From contig JANRJA010000075.1 of assembly GCA_033764315.1 (NCBI GenBank), positions 1 to 64,000 of the forward strand: a stretch of DNA of 64,000 bases, in the 5' to 3' direction. The position numbers were made by a program, and so were the translations under genes. The stretch is from Oculatellaceae cyanobacterium bins.114 (GTDB lineage: Bacteria; Cyanobacteriota; Cyanobacteriia; Elainellales; Elainellaceae). How positions within the stretch are numbered: the stretch's first letter is position 1; every line of letters begins with the position of its first letter. Under the pieces are notes generated by a model, which was given only the letters and a program-made list of their open reading frames with translations, did no database searches and had not been told where the DNA came from. Of the stretch, positions 48,662 through 57,852 are shown piece by piece.

Positions 48662-49174
48662 CTAATATATCCAGGGAATCAGCTTCTTAACCCGCTGTTG
48701 ATAAACCGAATAGTCTGGGTATTTCTCCATCAGCCACTGTTCTTCTTGGTTCGCTTTGGCGTTGAAAAAGAGAAAAAACACAAGGGTGGCGATCGCATGA
48801 GACAGACTGAGATTAAAAATGGCCCAACTGAGGACGCCTAAAATCAATCCGCTATAGAGAGGATGGCGCACGATGGCATATACCCCCGTTTGCACCAGTT
48901 GCCCATCTTCACGAGGATAGGGAAGTGGAGTTAGATTTTTGCCCAGGTCGAGTAGACCTTTGAACAGGAGGATGAGGGCAAATAATCCTATGGCAAGGGC
49001 GATCGCCCACACCCCATACCAAGCAATAGACGCAAGTTGAATCACTACAGGTCGATAAATCGGCACAAAAAACAGAGCAATCAACAGCACAGCCTGAGCT
49101 ACAACCCAATATTCACCGCGCTGTCCCTGTTGCCATCCTGCTTTAGTGAATCCCCAATCAGTGAGTAGTTTCAT
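48662..49174 (-). CDS. Isoprenylcysteine carboxylmethyltransferase (ICMT/PEMT) family membrane protein
   Basis: LVQTGVYAIVRHPLY and EE..L...YPDY motifs. Confidence 0.88.
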   Translation of the reverse strand: MKLLTDWGFTKAGWQQGQRGEYWVVAQAVLLIALFFVPIYRPVVIQLASIAWYGVWAIALAIGLFALILLFKGLLDLGKNLTPLPYPREDGQLVQTGVYAIVRHPLYSGLILGVLSWAIFNLSLSHAIATLVFFLFFNAKANQEEQWLMEKYPDYSVYQQRVKKLIPWIY

Positions 49175-49278
49175 GGTTCACGTCCTGTAGTGCTTCCCTT
49201 AGTTCAGCCTTTTTCAGCTATATCATGGGTTTATCTAAAATAGAGCGATATGCACTCAGTTTGTCGAGGGAAAACGCG

Positions 49279-49851
49279 ATGTCTGTTGCTGTAAAACCGA
49301 TGACCCTTGAAGAGTATCTCAACTATGACGACGGCACTGACACCCGCTATGAACTGGTGAATGGGGAACTGATTGCCATGCCACCTGAAAGTGACTTGAA
49401 TACTCAAATTGCTTCGTTTCTGTTCGCAACTTTTTTGAAAGTTGGCATTCCTTATTATTGCTTGAGAATCGGGGCACAAATTGCTGTTAGTGGAGCACGG
49501 GCAACGGCGAGAGAACCCGATCTGATGGTTTTATCAGAAGAGGCTTTTGCAGCATTAGAGGGTGCAAGCAAGTGTGTCATCACTCACGATATGCCACCAC
49601 CGTTGTTAGTAGTTGAAGTGGTCAGTCCCCAACAAGAAAGCCGCGATTATCGCCACAAACGTACTGAATACGCGGGACGACGCATTCCTGAGTATTGGAT
49701 CGTAGACGCGATCGCTCAAAAAGTAACGGTGTTGGAATGGGTGGATGGCTTGTATGAGGAACAGGTCTACCAGGGTGAACAACCTATTGTTTCGTCGCAG
49801 CTTACTGGGTTAAACCTGACAGCAGCAACCGTCTTATCAGCAGGACGATAA
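49279..49851 (+). CDS. Uma2 (DUF820) family endonuclease-fold protein
   Basis: YELVNGEL, PDLMV, LVVEVVSP and K..EY...IPEYWIVD motifs. Confidence 0.92.
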   Translation: MSVAVKPMTLEEYLNYDDGTDTRYELVNGELIAMPPESDLNTQIASFLFATFLKVGIPYYCLRIGAQIAVSGARATAREPDLMVLSEEAFAALEGASKCVITHDMPPPLLVVEVVSPQQESRDYRHKRTEYAGRRIPEYWIVDAIAQKVTVLEWVDGLYEEQVYQGEQPIVSSQLTGLNLTAATVLSAGR

Positions 49852-49974
49852 ATTGAGGGGAGTGGGTCTTGTTCATCGAAGGGTTAATTTAATTATCTAC
49901 CAAAGATAATTTGCTTAAAATCAGGAGAAGTGGCTCAAGTTCCTGAACTGTGGTGAACTATCCCAGCGAATTCC

Positions 49975-52467
49975 ATGAGTAACCAGCGCGATCGCGGTCG
50001 TATTCTCACTCCTGAAGGGCTGCAAAAACTCCAGCAGGCAATTCGCGACTGGGAAATTCGGCATGAGAAGCGGTGTACGCAGGAGCGGATTAAGGAACTG
50101 ACGAGCGCATTTAAAGAAGGGGGACTCGATCCAGCTACCATCAGCAGAATTCTGAAAGCGAGAGGTGTTGATCTCGACTCCATTCGCTGTCTATTTAAAA
50201 CATTTGGATTGCAACTGGATGAAGCCGATTGGGTATCTGCTACTCCATTCAATGTTCAGGTTGATCCTAACTTTGTGGGAAGGGAAGAGGCGATCGCTGC
50301 CCTCAACGCTCTGGTCAGTCGGGGTGCAAAGGTGATCGTGATTCAGGCACGGGGCGGAGTTGGCAAAACTACCCTGGCACGAAAGTATCTGCAACAAAAA
50401 TTTGGCTCTTTTTTAGAGATTGCGATCGCTAAGGAAACAAAAGATATTGCCTCGATCGAAAGCTTGATTGAAGAGAAGCTGCGTCAGTTGGGAGAAGAAC
50501 CCGGACGAGAGTTTATTGTGTCGTGCGATCGCCTCAAACGCAAACTGCAATCTGAACCGATTGGCATTTTGATAGACAACCTGGAACCTGCCCTGGATGC
50601 TGCGGGTAAGTTCATCGAACCGCATCGTCGTTACGTCGAATTGCTGCGGGTTTTAGCTGATCCAACGGTGCAATCTGTGACACTCATTACCACTCGTGAA
50701 CGCTTGCACGAAGCGAGTGTGACTGTGCAACGCTATCCCTTAAAAAGTTTAGATGTTGAGTCTTGGCAGCAGTTCTTTCAAAGCCGCAATATTCAACTTA
50801 CGCCCCCCTTATCGTTGCAGATCCCCCCTAACCCCCCTTGCGAAAAGGGGGGAACCAGATTGGAAGTCCCCCTTTTTAAGGGGGATTTAGGGGGATTGCA
50901 GGGGAGCGTGCAAACTGTTGACATCTCAAGCGAGGATCAATCTGCCCTAGCTGCTTTGCATCATGCTCATGGCGGCAACGCAAAAGCGATGGAGATCATT
51001 AGTGGTGCAATTCAGCAAGATTACTCCGGCAATGTGGAAGCCTATTGGCAAGCCAATCAAAATGACCTGTTAAGTGAACGTTCTCTGGAAGATTTAGTCA
51101 TTCAACAATTTGAACGGTTACAGCAACATAATCTTGATGCTTATAACCTGCTTTGTCGTATGGGTTGTTACCGCTATCAAGACGTGCCAAAAGTGACCAT
51201 TGAAGGGTTGTTTTGTTTGCTATGGGATGTGGCGGAGAATCGACAGCAACGAGTCATTCAATCTTTGCAAGATCGATCGTTGATTGAAGTTGAAGATAGA
51301 GAATACTGGTTACATCCAGTAATAAGAGCAGAATCGATCACTCGCTTGAGAAAAATTGAGGATTGGAAAATTGCCAACTATAAAGCAGCACAAGAATGGA
51401 AGGTGAGCGTTAAGACTATTGAAACATTGTTAGACGCTCAGAAGCCTTTCGAGGCTTGTTATCACTGTTTAGCAATCAACAATTTTGAACTTGCCGGAAG
51501 GATGATAATAGAAGAAAAGAAAGCTAAGTATTCTAGATTTGGGGATACTGAACCTCTTGGTCGATTATTTCATAAATTCGGAGTAGTTGAACAGTTAATT
51601 ATTGTTATTGACTTAATTCTGAAAAATATCAAAGCTGGCTTTGTGCTCGTAAAACTGTGTTCTATACTAGGTGATCTCCACTCGTCATTAGGGAATATTC
51701 ATAAATCCATTGCCTGTTTTAGAGAGTCATTAAGGGTAGGAAAAGAAATTTTGGATGAATCATTACTTAATATCAGTAAAGAAGATTTTCAGAAAATTAT
51801 ATCAGTTAAAATACATTCTTTTTTCAATGTTGGCATCTGCAAAATATTTCTCTGGGAATTAGATGAAGCGTTAGAAATATTTGAACAAGGAGAAGCCTTG
51901 TTCTTAAGTAAAAATTTGTCTTTGCTTGAAGTATTTGAATTGAATAAAATCCTCACATTTTATTTTCTATTTATAAAATCCTACTTACGTAATGAGACAG
52001 AAGTGTCTATTGCTGCTAACAAAATCTATAATGAAATTTTTGACGTGTCAGAATTACCTAAATGGTGTACAGAGTATAGATTGTTTTTTTTAGGAAAAGC
52101 ACTTACAAACGTAGGGGAATATGCAAAGGCTTACAAAGTTTATCAGAAGGCTGTTTGCATTGCTGAAGAAACTGGATTTAGACAGGTAAAAGGAAAAGCT
52201 TTGTATGGTTTAGCAGAGATTTATCGAGAACAACAAAATTTTGATATGGCATTTTTAAATCATTCCAATTCAGTTGAATTACTGAGAATAATAGGATCTA
52301 AGCACGATTATGCCGAGTCTCATTTTCAACTTGGGTTGACTTATCAAGTAGTGGGTGATTTTGAGAGAAGTAATATAAATTTTCAAGAGGCAATTCGGTT
52401 ATTCAATGAAATGGAAGCACCGAGGCAGGTGGAGAGAGTGAGGCAGTCAATGCAAAATGAAAAATGA
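49975..52467 (+). CDS. STAND (NB-ARC-like) ATPase with N-terminal HTH-like region and C-terminal TPR repeats
   Basis: NFVGRE, Walker A ARGGVGKTT, Walker B ILIDNLE, LITTRE, LHPVIR; TPR-like helices at the C-terminus. Confidence 0.88.
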   Translation: MSNQRDRGRILTPEGLQKLQQAIRDWEIRHEKRCTQERIKELTSAFKEGGLDPATISRILKARGVDLDSIRCLFKTFGLQLDEADWVSATPFNVQVDPNFVGREEAIAALNALVSRGAKVIVIQARGGVGKTTLARKYLQQKFGSFLEIAIAKETKDIASIESLIEEKLRQLGEEPGREFIVSCDRLKRKLQSEPIGILIDNLEPALDAAGKFIEPHRRYVELLRVLADPTVQSVTLITTRERLHEASVTVQRYPLKSLDVESWQQFFQSRNIQLTPPLSLQIPPNPPCEKGGTRLEVPLFKGDLGGLQGSVQTVDISSEDQSALAALHHAHGGNAKAMEIISGAIQQDYSGNVEAYWQANQNDLLSERSLEDLVIQQFERLQQHNLDAYNLLCRMGCYRYQDVPKVTIEGLFCLLWDVAENRQQRVIQSLQDRSLIEVEDREYWLHPVIRAESITRLRKIEDWKIANYKAAQEWKVSVKTIETLLDAQKPFEACYHCLAINNFELAGRMIIEEKKAKYSRFGDTEPLGRLFHKFGVVEQLIIVIDLILKNIKAGFVLVKLCSILGDLHSSLGNIHKSIACFRESLRVGKEILDESLLNISKEDFQKIISVKIHSFFNVGICKIFLWELDEALEIFEQGEALFLSKNLSLLEVFELNKILTFYFLFIKSYLRNETEVSIAANKIYNEIFDVSELPKWCTEYRLFFLGKALTNVGEYAKAYKVYQKAVCIAEETGFRQVKGKALYGLAEIYREQQNFDMAFLNHSNSVELLRIIGSKHDYAESHFQLGLTYQVVGDFERSNINFQEAIRLFNEMEAPRQVERVRQSMQNEK
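50800..50909. repeat. In-frame palindromic dispersed repeat inside the STAND gene
   Basis: Nested inverted repeats acgcccccct/aggggagcgt and atcccccctaa/ttagggggat enclose two hairpins; translates as PPNPPCEKGG...VPLFKGDLGG. Confidence 0.85.
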
Positions 52468-52481
52468 AAAATGGAGGATGA

Positions 52482-52790
52482 ATGCGTGTTATCAGTCGAA
52501 AAGCACTGAGAGAATTTTGGGAAATTCATGCTACTGCTCAAACTGGATTATTACTCTGGTATCAACGAATTACAGAGGGCGACTTTCAAACATTTAATGA
52601 TCTTCGACAAATATTTCCTTCGGCAGACTTGGTAGGTAATCTCACAGTTTTCAACATCAGTGGTAACAACTTTCGATTAATCGTATACATTGACTATCCC
52701 TATCAACTCATATTTATCCGCGCTGTCCTGACCCATGCAGAATACGACAAGGAGAATTGGAAAAATGACGATTGGTTTGAAAACTCCTAG
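52482..52790 (+). CDS. higB: Type II TA toxin, HigB family
   Basis: MRVISRKALREFW, FPSAD, VFNISGNNFRLI and LTHAEYDK motifs. Confidence 0.92.
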   Translation: MRVISRKALREFWEIHATAQTGLLLWYQRITEGDFQTFNDLRQIFPSADLVGNLTVFNISGNNFRLIVYIDYPYQLIFIRAVLTHAEYDKENWKNDDWFENS

Positions 52791-53208
52791 CAGCTACTAC
52801 ATGGAACTGATTAATGCGTTTCCACCGCGTCCAATTACAAATGATGCTGAGTTAGATGCAACCCAAGATCAAATTAATTTGATACTAGATCGGGGTCGGC
52901 TCACTCAAGACGATCGCGATTACTTAAAGGTACTGGGAATGCTTGTCTATGACTACGAGGAACAACATGAACAAATGCCTCTGTTGAAAGGTATTGAATT
53001 GCTCAAAGCTTTAATGACAGAATCCAACTTTCAACCCAAGGATTTAGTCCCCATCCTCGGAAATGAGGCAGTTGTTTTAGAGATTCTTAATGACAGAAGT
53101 GAACTAACAGATACTCAAATCCAAGAATTGGCTTCTTTTTTCCATATATCTCCCACTTCTTTGGTCAAAGAAAGTGTAACTCCATTAACGCTAGAGGATG
53201 AATCATGA
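52765..53208 (+). CDS. higA: HigA-type antitoxin (HTH)
   Basis: FPPRPI, LVYDYE and C-terminal Xre-like HTH; overlaps higB. Confidence 0.88.
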   Translation: MTIGLKTPSSYYMELINAFPPRPITNDAELDATQDQINLILDRGRLTQDDRDYLKVLGMLVYDYEEQHEQMPLLKGIELLKALMTESNFQPKDLVPILGNEAVVLEILNDRSELTDTQIQELASFFHISPTSLVKESVTPLTLEDES

Positions 53209-53426
53209 AAGCGTATCATATCAATATCTTTTATAGCGAAGAAGACGAGGGATACATCGCTGATATTCCTGATTTGAAACATTGTTCTGCATTCGGTGAA
53301 ACAGAAGAAGAAGCTTTGCATGAGGTTCTAAATGCAAAACAAGCCTGGTTAGAAGTCGCAAAAGTAGAAGGCAAGCCTATTCCTGAACCGAGATATCGTC
53401 CAGCAATTTACCAAGTTGCTTCTTAG
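53205..53426 (+). CDS. HicB family antitoxin (short, no HicA partner)
   Basis: YIADIPDL..CSAFGETEEEAL...WLE...G.PIPEP; ATGA overlap with higA. Confidence 0.88.
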   Translation: MKAYHINIFYSEEDEGYIADIPDLKHCSAFGETEEEALHEVLNAKQAWLEVAKVEGKPIPEPRYRPAIYQVAS

Positions 53427-53478
53427 TCAAAATAAAAGCACCAAAGCAAGTGGAGTGAGTGATACAAAATACCTTCTT

Positions 53479-53718
53479 TTAGTTGGATGTACTAGACTCG
53501 ATTGGCATAACCAACAACGTGTTACCTTCAATACCACGCACCATCACCGATTCACCCGAAAAAATTGTTTTAGGGCAATCCTCCTGAAACCGAGCAAACC
53601 AGGATGTTCCCTGCCAAAACACCCGTCCCCGTTTGTTAGGTGTAATACTCTGCTCAACTCTGGCACGAGAAGGAGGTGTTAAGAATTCTGGGGTATCAGG
53701 AAAGAATGCGAAACTCAT
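53479..53718 (-). CDS. Short NfeD-like OB-fold protein
   Basis: GRVFWQGTSWFAR...V.V.GIEGNTLLV motif; no TM segments. Confidence 0.8.
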   Translation of the reverse strand: MSFAFFPDTPEFLTPPSRARVEQSITPNKRGRVFWQGTSWFARFQEDCPKTIFSGESVMVRGIEGNTLLVMPIESSTSN

Positions 53719-54045
53719 GGCTCAAACTCCCGTAACTGATTGGGGTGTTGAGTTCAATTTCATCCTGAAAAGATTGATAAACCCAGCGACAATCCTGGAG
53801 TTTAGCAATGAACTTAAGCGGTTTGAAATCACTGTTTTAGAGAGCCGTTTCTGCTGAGCTTTTGCTAGCGCAAAGAGTTCAGCCATTGATCTCGATCAAC
53901 TCGCTTAAGATCAGCAGTAACTCCTTATCTTCCAGACATTAACCCTTAACTTCAGAAATCCTGGATAAGGTGTGTTGGGTATTTGAGTAAAGCTCACCAA
54001 AACCCCGTCTATACTGAAAACACGACTTGAGCTATTTGGGTCACT

Positions 54046-54588
54046 ATGATTGCTGCTCACGATTCAACAACTGCACCGATCGCCCTAGAGGTTTGGCTCG
54101 ATAATCCACCAGTTAGAACAGAGTGGGTTGACGGTAATGTGCTGCAAAAACGCGATATGACCCTCAAGCATAGTAAAATTCAGCGGCGATTAAGCACGTT
54201 ATGGAGCAATTATATTGATACTCAAGGTTTTGGGGGTGAAGTGTATACAGAAGCCCCTTGTCGGACAAAACAGCAGGGACGTTCACCTGATGTTGCCTAT
54301 CTAACCCCAGATCTGGTGGCTCAGTATGGAGACGCTAAAGTATTGCCCCAAAGTTTTCCTTTGAGTGCTGAGGTGATATCACCGACCGATTTAGCAGAAG
54401 AGGTGATTGCTAAAGCATACGAATATTTAGAATTTGGGGGTGAAGAAGTCTGGCTTGTTTACCCAGATAACGGTTGGATTATGGTCATCACAGCGGAATC
54501 CAAGCAAATTTTTAGTCGGGGAGAAGTAGCTGTCACCCAAAAGGTAATACCAGGCTTTCAGATCAGTGTTGATGAATTGTTAGCTTGA
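54046..54588 (+). CDS. Uma2 (DUF820) family endonuclease-fold protein
   Basis: EWVDG, PDVAY, AEVISP and K..EYL..G.EEVWLV motifs. Confidence 0.9.
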   Translation: MIAAHDSTTAPIALEVWLDNPPVRTEWVDGNVLQKRDMTLKHSKIQRRLSTLWSNYIDTQGFGGEVYTEAPCRTKQQGRSPDVAYLTPDLVAQYGDAKVLPQSFPLSAEVISPTDLAEEVIAKAYEYLEFGGEEVWLVYPDNGWIMVITAESKQIFSRGEVAVTQKVIPGFQISVDELLA

Positions 54589-54642
54589 ATCGTTGGCGAT
54601 CGCCTCTCTCCTTTAAATTGACCTGCCCATCTTCTATTTCAA

Positions 54643-55062
54643 CTAGACCGCAAAGATGGCTTCATCCTGTTGAAAGGCTTTGAACTCCAACGCATGTCCA
54701 GTGGGGTCAAGAAAAAACATTGTGGCTTGTTCTCCCACTTCTCCCGCAAAGCGAGTATGAGGCTCAATAACGAACTCTATTCCTTGCTGTTGAAGCCTAT
54801 CGGCTAGGGCCTGCCATTGCTGCATCTCTAAGATGACACCCCAATGCTGCACTGGAACCTGTTTTCCGTCTACCTCATTAGTGGGAATTGTCGCATCTTG
54901 AGATGAGCTTAAATGGGCTGTGACTTGATGCCCAAATAGGTTGAAGTCAATCCAGGTTTCAGATGTCCTGCCAATCGTACAACCAAGGACTGTTTCGTAG
55001 AAATGGCGAGTAGTTGCTAAATCTTTGACAGGAAACGCGAGATGAAACGGACGGATGCTCAT
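54643..55062 (-). CDS. VOC/glyoxalase family protein
   Basis: PFHLAFPV, GHQVTAH and FLDPTGHALEFK motifs. Confidence 0.9.
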   Translation of the reverse strand: MSIRPFHLAFPVKDLATTRHFYETVLGCTIGRTSETWIDFNLFGHQVTAHLSSSQDATIPTNEVDGKQVPVQHWGVILEMQQWQALADRLQQQGIEFVIEPHTRFAGEVGEQATMFFLDPTGHALEFKAFQQDEAIFAV

Positions 55063-55087
55063 ACTAAGTCTTGAATTGGTTAACGCA

Positions 55088-55187
55088 ATGTGCAATTTAC
55101 GGGTTTAGATCCCCGATTTCTCGTCGGCTCTGACTGAAGGGTGCCTAGTGACATCTCTAAAAACCGAGGATCTGGATAGCCGCACAT
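55088..55187. repeat. Palindromic dispersed repeat (agatccccga-type)
   Basis: atgtgc/gcacat termini and agatccccgattt/aaaccgaggatct imperfect inverted repeat. Confidence 0.5.
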
Positions 55188-55304
55188 AGGGCTTGGTTAT
55201 TCACGCTCAACCCCTCAAGTGTAATCAAGTTGAAGCGTAACCTCAGTAGGAGGTCAAATTAGTCGCGATCGGGTTAAGCCTCCTTTTGCAAGAGCCGCAG
55301 ATCT

Positions 55305-56249
55305 CTATAAATCACGGGTCACTTGGTCAATCTCTGCCTTCTCTTCATCGGTCATTGACCAACCTATCGCCCCAGCATTTTGGCGTGCTTGGTCTGCCGT
55401 TTTTGCTCCTGGAATGGGAATCACATTGCCTTGAGCAATTAACCAGTTGAGCGCAACTTGAGCCGGAGTTCGTTGATAGCGATCGCCCACGTCTTTCAAT
55501 ACCTTCAGAATTGGAGTTAGTTTCTTCAATCCCTCTTGGCTAAAGCGGGGGTTAAAGCGACGCGCACCCGTCGGTTCAGTGTAGTTTTCAGCATTATATT
55601 TACCTGTTAACAAGCCTTGTGCGAGTGGACTGTATGCCAAAATTGTGACGCCCAACTCACGAGCCGTTTCTAAAACGCCATTGTGTTCGATCTGTCGTGC
55701 CAGCAAAGAGTATTCCACCTGATTCACCGCCAGCGGAACGCCTCGCTTTGCCAGCAACTCGTGTGCCTCACGCATTTGCTGAGCAGAATAGTTGCTCACC
55801 CCAACCGCCTTGATTCTGCCCTGCTTTACCTCATCGGCAAGGGCATTCATTAAGGTTTCTTGAGACATAAAAAAGCTAAAGGGTTGATGCACCTGATAGA
55901 GATCCACGGTGGGCAACTTTAGTCGTCTTAAACTAGCGGTGAGGGCATCGGACACGGCATCAGCTGTAAACCGCCACGGCACTGGAAAATATTTGGTGGC
56001 AATATAAACGGGTTGTTGCGATCGCTGCATGAACTGCCCAATCAAGGTCTCTGATTCACCAAAGCCATAGATCTCAGCGGTGTCGAAGAAATTTACACCA
56101 GAGGCGATCGCTTCTTGAAACGCGGCTTCTAACTGGTCAGCGTTGTAGTCTTTGCCATAGCTCCAAAATAGTTTGTCACCCCATGCCCAGGTGCCAATGC
56201 AGAGCGGGGGAACGGCAGATCCGTTTGCACCAAGAGTAAGAGTTTGCAT
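55305..56249 (-). CDS. Aldo/keto reductase
   Basis: GTWAWG, DTAEIYG, ATK, GVSNY, YSPLAQG and IPG motifs. Confidence 0.93.
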   Translation of the reverse strand: MQTLTLGANGSAVPPLCIGTWAWGDKLFWSYGKDYNADQLEAAFQEAIASGVNFFDTAEIYGFGESETLIGQFMQRSQQPVYIATKYFPVPWRFTADAVSDALTASLRRLKLPTVDLYQVHQPFSFFMSQETLMNALADEVKQGRIKAVGVSNYSAQQMREAHELLAKRGVPLAVNQVEYSLLARQIEHNGVLETARELGVTILAYSPLAQGLLTGKYNAENYTEPTGARRFNPRFSQEGLKKLTPILKVLKDVGDRYQRTPAQVALNWLIAQGNVIPIPGAKTADQARQNAGAIGWSMTDEEKAEIDQVTRDL

Positions 56250-56417
56250 TCGTTTGTCTTTATAAAACTTAATACTCTCAGTTTATCGCTCATTCAGTTT
56301 TCGGGGCGATTACCCAAAGAGGGAACTGCTTTGCATCGCTGATCGTTCCTTTCAACCTTTATCCTTAATGAATGAGAAGGTATTCACTAGCGATTGTTCC
56401 AAGGTTAGATTTTTGCC

Positions 56418-57839
56418 ATGACAATGGGTGATTTTTCAGATAATTCGCTTACACAATCCCCAATCGGCGGGGCAATCCCTCAAATCAGTCTGTTTACGAT
56501 GTTTCGTCTGGGACTGTTTCAGATGGGACTTGGGCTGCTGTCGCTATTGACGCTGGGCGTGCTAAATCAGATTTTGATCTCAGAGCTAAAAATTCCAGGA
56601 ACGATCGCAGCGGGGGCGATCGCTATGTACCAGTTTGTTGCACCTGCTCGGATCTGGTTTGGTCACATGTCAGACTCCAGACCCATCTTGGGGCATCACC
56701 GCACTGGATATATTTGGTTGGGTTTAGCACTTCAAGCGGTTTGTTTATTTCTGGCGGTGCAGGTGGTTTGGCAACTGGGAGCCAGTACCGCCAACGGCTG
56801 GACAACGCAAAGCACGGGCTGGACAGCATTATTGGCGTTTATGTTTGCCTTGTATGGGCTGTGTATTAGCTCTAGCTCAACTCCCTTTACAGCACTGCTA
56901 GTGGATGTATCAGAGGAGGGAAACCGTTCAAAACTGGTTGGCATCGTCTGGGCAATGCTGATGGTGGGGATTGTAGCAGGGGCGATCGCAGGCGAAAAAA
57001 TGCTGGAAGGCATTACCCCAGAAACATTACAATCTTCCATCAATCGTTTATTTATGATTTTCCCGATCGCTGTTGTGGGACTGGGAATACTGGCAACGTT
57101 TGGGATTGAGAAAAAATATTCCCGCTATCGATCGCGCTCCACAATCGTAGAAAGGGAGGATCGAATTACCTTGAGAGCTGCGCTCAAAGTTCTCACAGCT
57201 TCTCGGCAAACGGCAATTTTCTTCACCTTTTTGCTGGTAATGACGATTAGCCTGTTTTTACAGCAGCCCGTGTTAGAACCCTACGCCCGTGAAGTGTTTG
57301 GCATGACAATCGGTGAAAGTGCTGGACTTAATCAGTTTTGGGGCTATGGCATTCTGACGGGTATGGCAATTTCAGGGTTTGTTATTGTGCCGCGTCTGGG
57401 TAAGCAAAAAACGGCTCAGTTAGGGTGTCTATTCACCGCAGGCTGCTTTGTGCTGGTGATTCTGTCAGGTTTGACCGAAACGCAAGTGATGCTCAGAAGT
57501 GCAGTGATGCTGTTTGGGTTAGCTTCCGGCATTTTGACGAATGGTGCGGTGAGCCTGATGTTAGACCTGACCGCAGCAGAAACCGCAGGGACATTTGTGG
57601 GGGCTTGGGGACTCGCACAAGCTCTATCTCAAGCAACTGCAACGGTTGCAGGGGGAGCCTTATTGGATTTAGGGCGGAATGTGTTTCAAAGTCCGCTTCC
57701 TGCTTTTAGTCTGGTTTTTGCCTGTCAAGCGGTTGGAATGTTAATCGCAGTTTGGCTCCTGAGCCGTGTTGATGTGCAAGAGTTTCGCACAAGGGCATCG
57801 AAGGCGATCGCCGCTGTTTTAGAAGCTGAAATGGATTAA
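56418..57839 (+). CDS. BCD/PucC family MFS transporter
   Basis: RLGLFQMGLG, GHMSD, STPFTALL.D, LEPY and AGTFVGAWG motifs. Confidence 0.9.
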   Translation: MTMGDFSDNSLTQSPIGGAIPQISLFTMFRLGLFQMGLGLLSLLTLGVLNQILISELKIPGTIAAGAIAMYQFVAPARIWFGHMSDSRPILGHHRTGYIWLGLALQAVCLFLAVQVVWQLGASTANGWTTQSTGWTALLAFMFALYGLCISSSSTPFTALLVDVSEEGNRSKLVGIVWAMLMVGIVAGAIAGEKMLEGITPETLQSSINRLFMIFPIAVVGLGILATFGIEKKYSRYRSRSTIVEREDRITLRAALKVLTASRQTAIFFTFLLVMTISLFLQQPVLEPYAREVFGMTIGESAGLNQFWGYGILTGMAISGFVIVPRLGKQKTAQLGCLFTAGCFVLVILSGLTETQVMLRSAVMLFGLASGILTNGAVSLMLDLTAAETAGTFVGAWGLAQALSQATATVAGGALLDLGRNVFQSPLPAFSLVFACQAVGMLIAVWLLSRVDVQEFRTRASKAIAAVLEAEMD

Positions 57840-57852
57840 CGAAGGACGCTGG

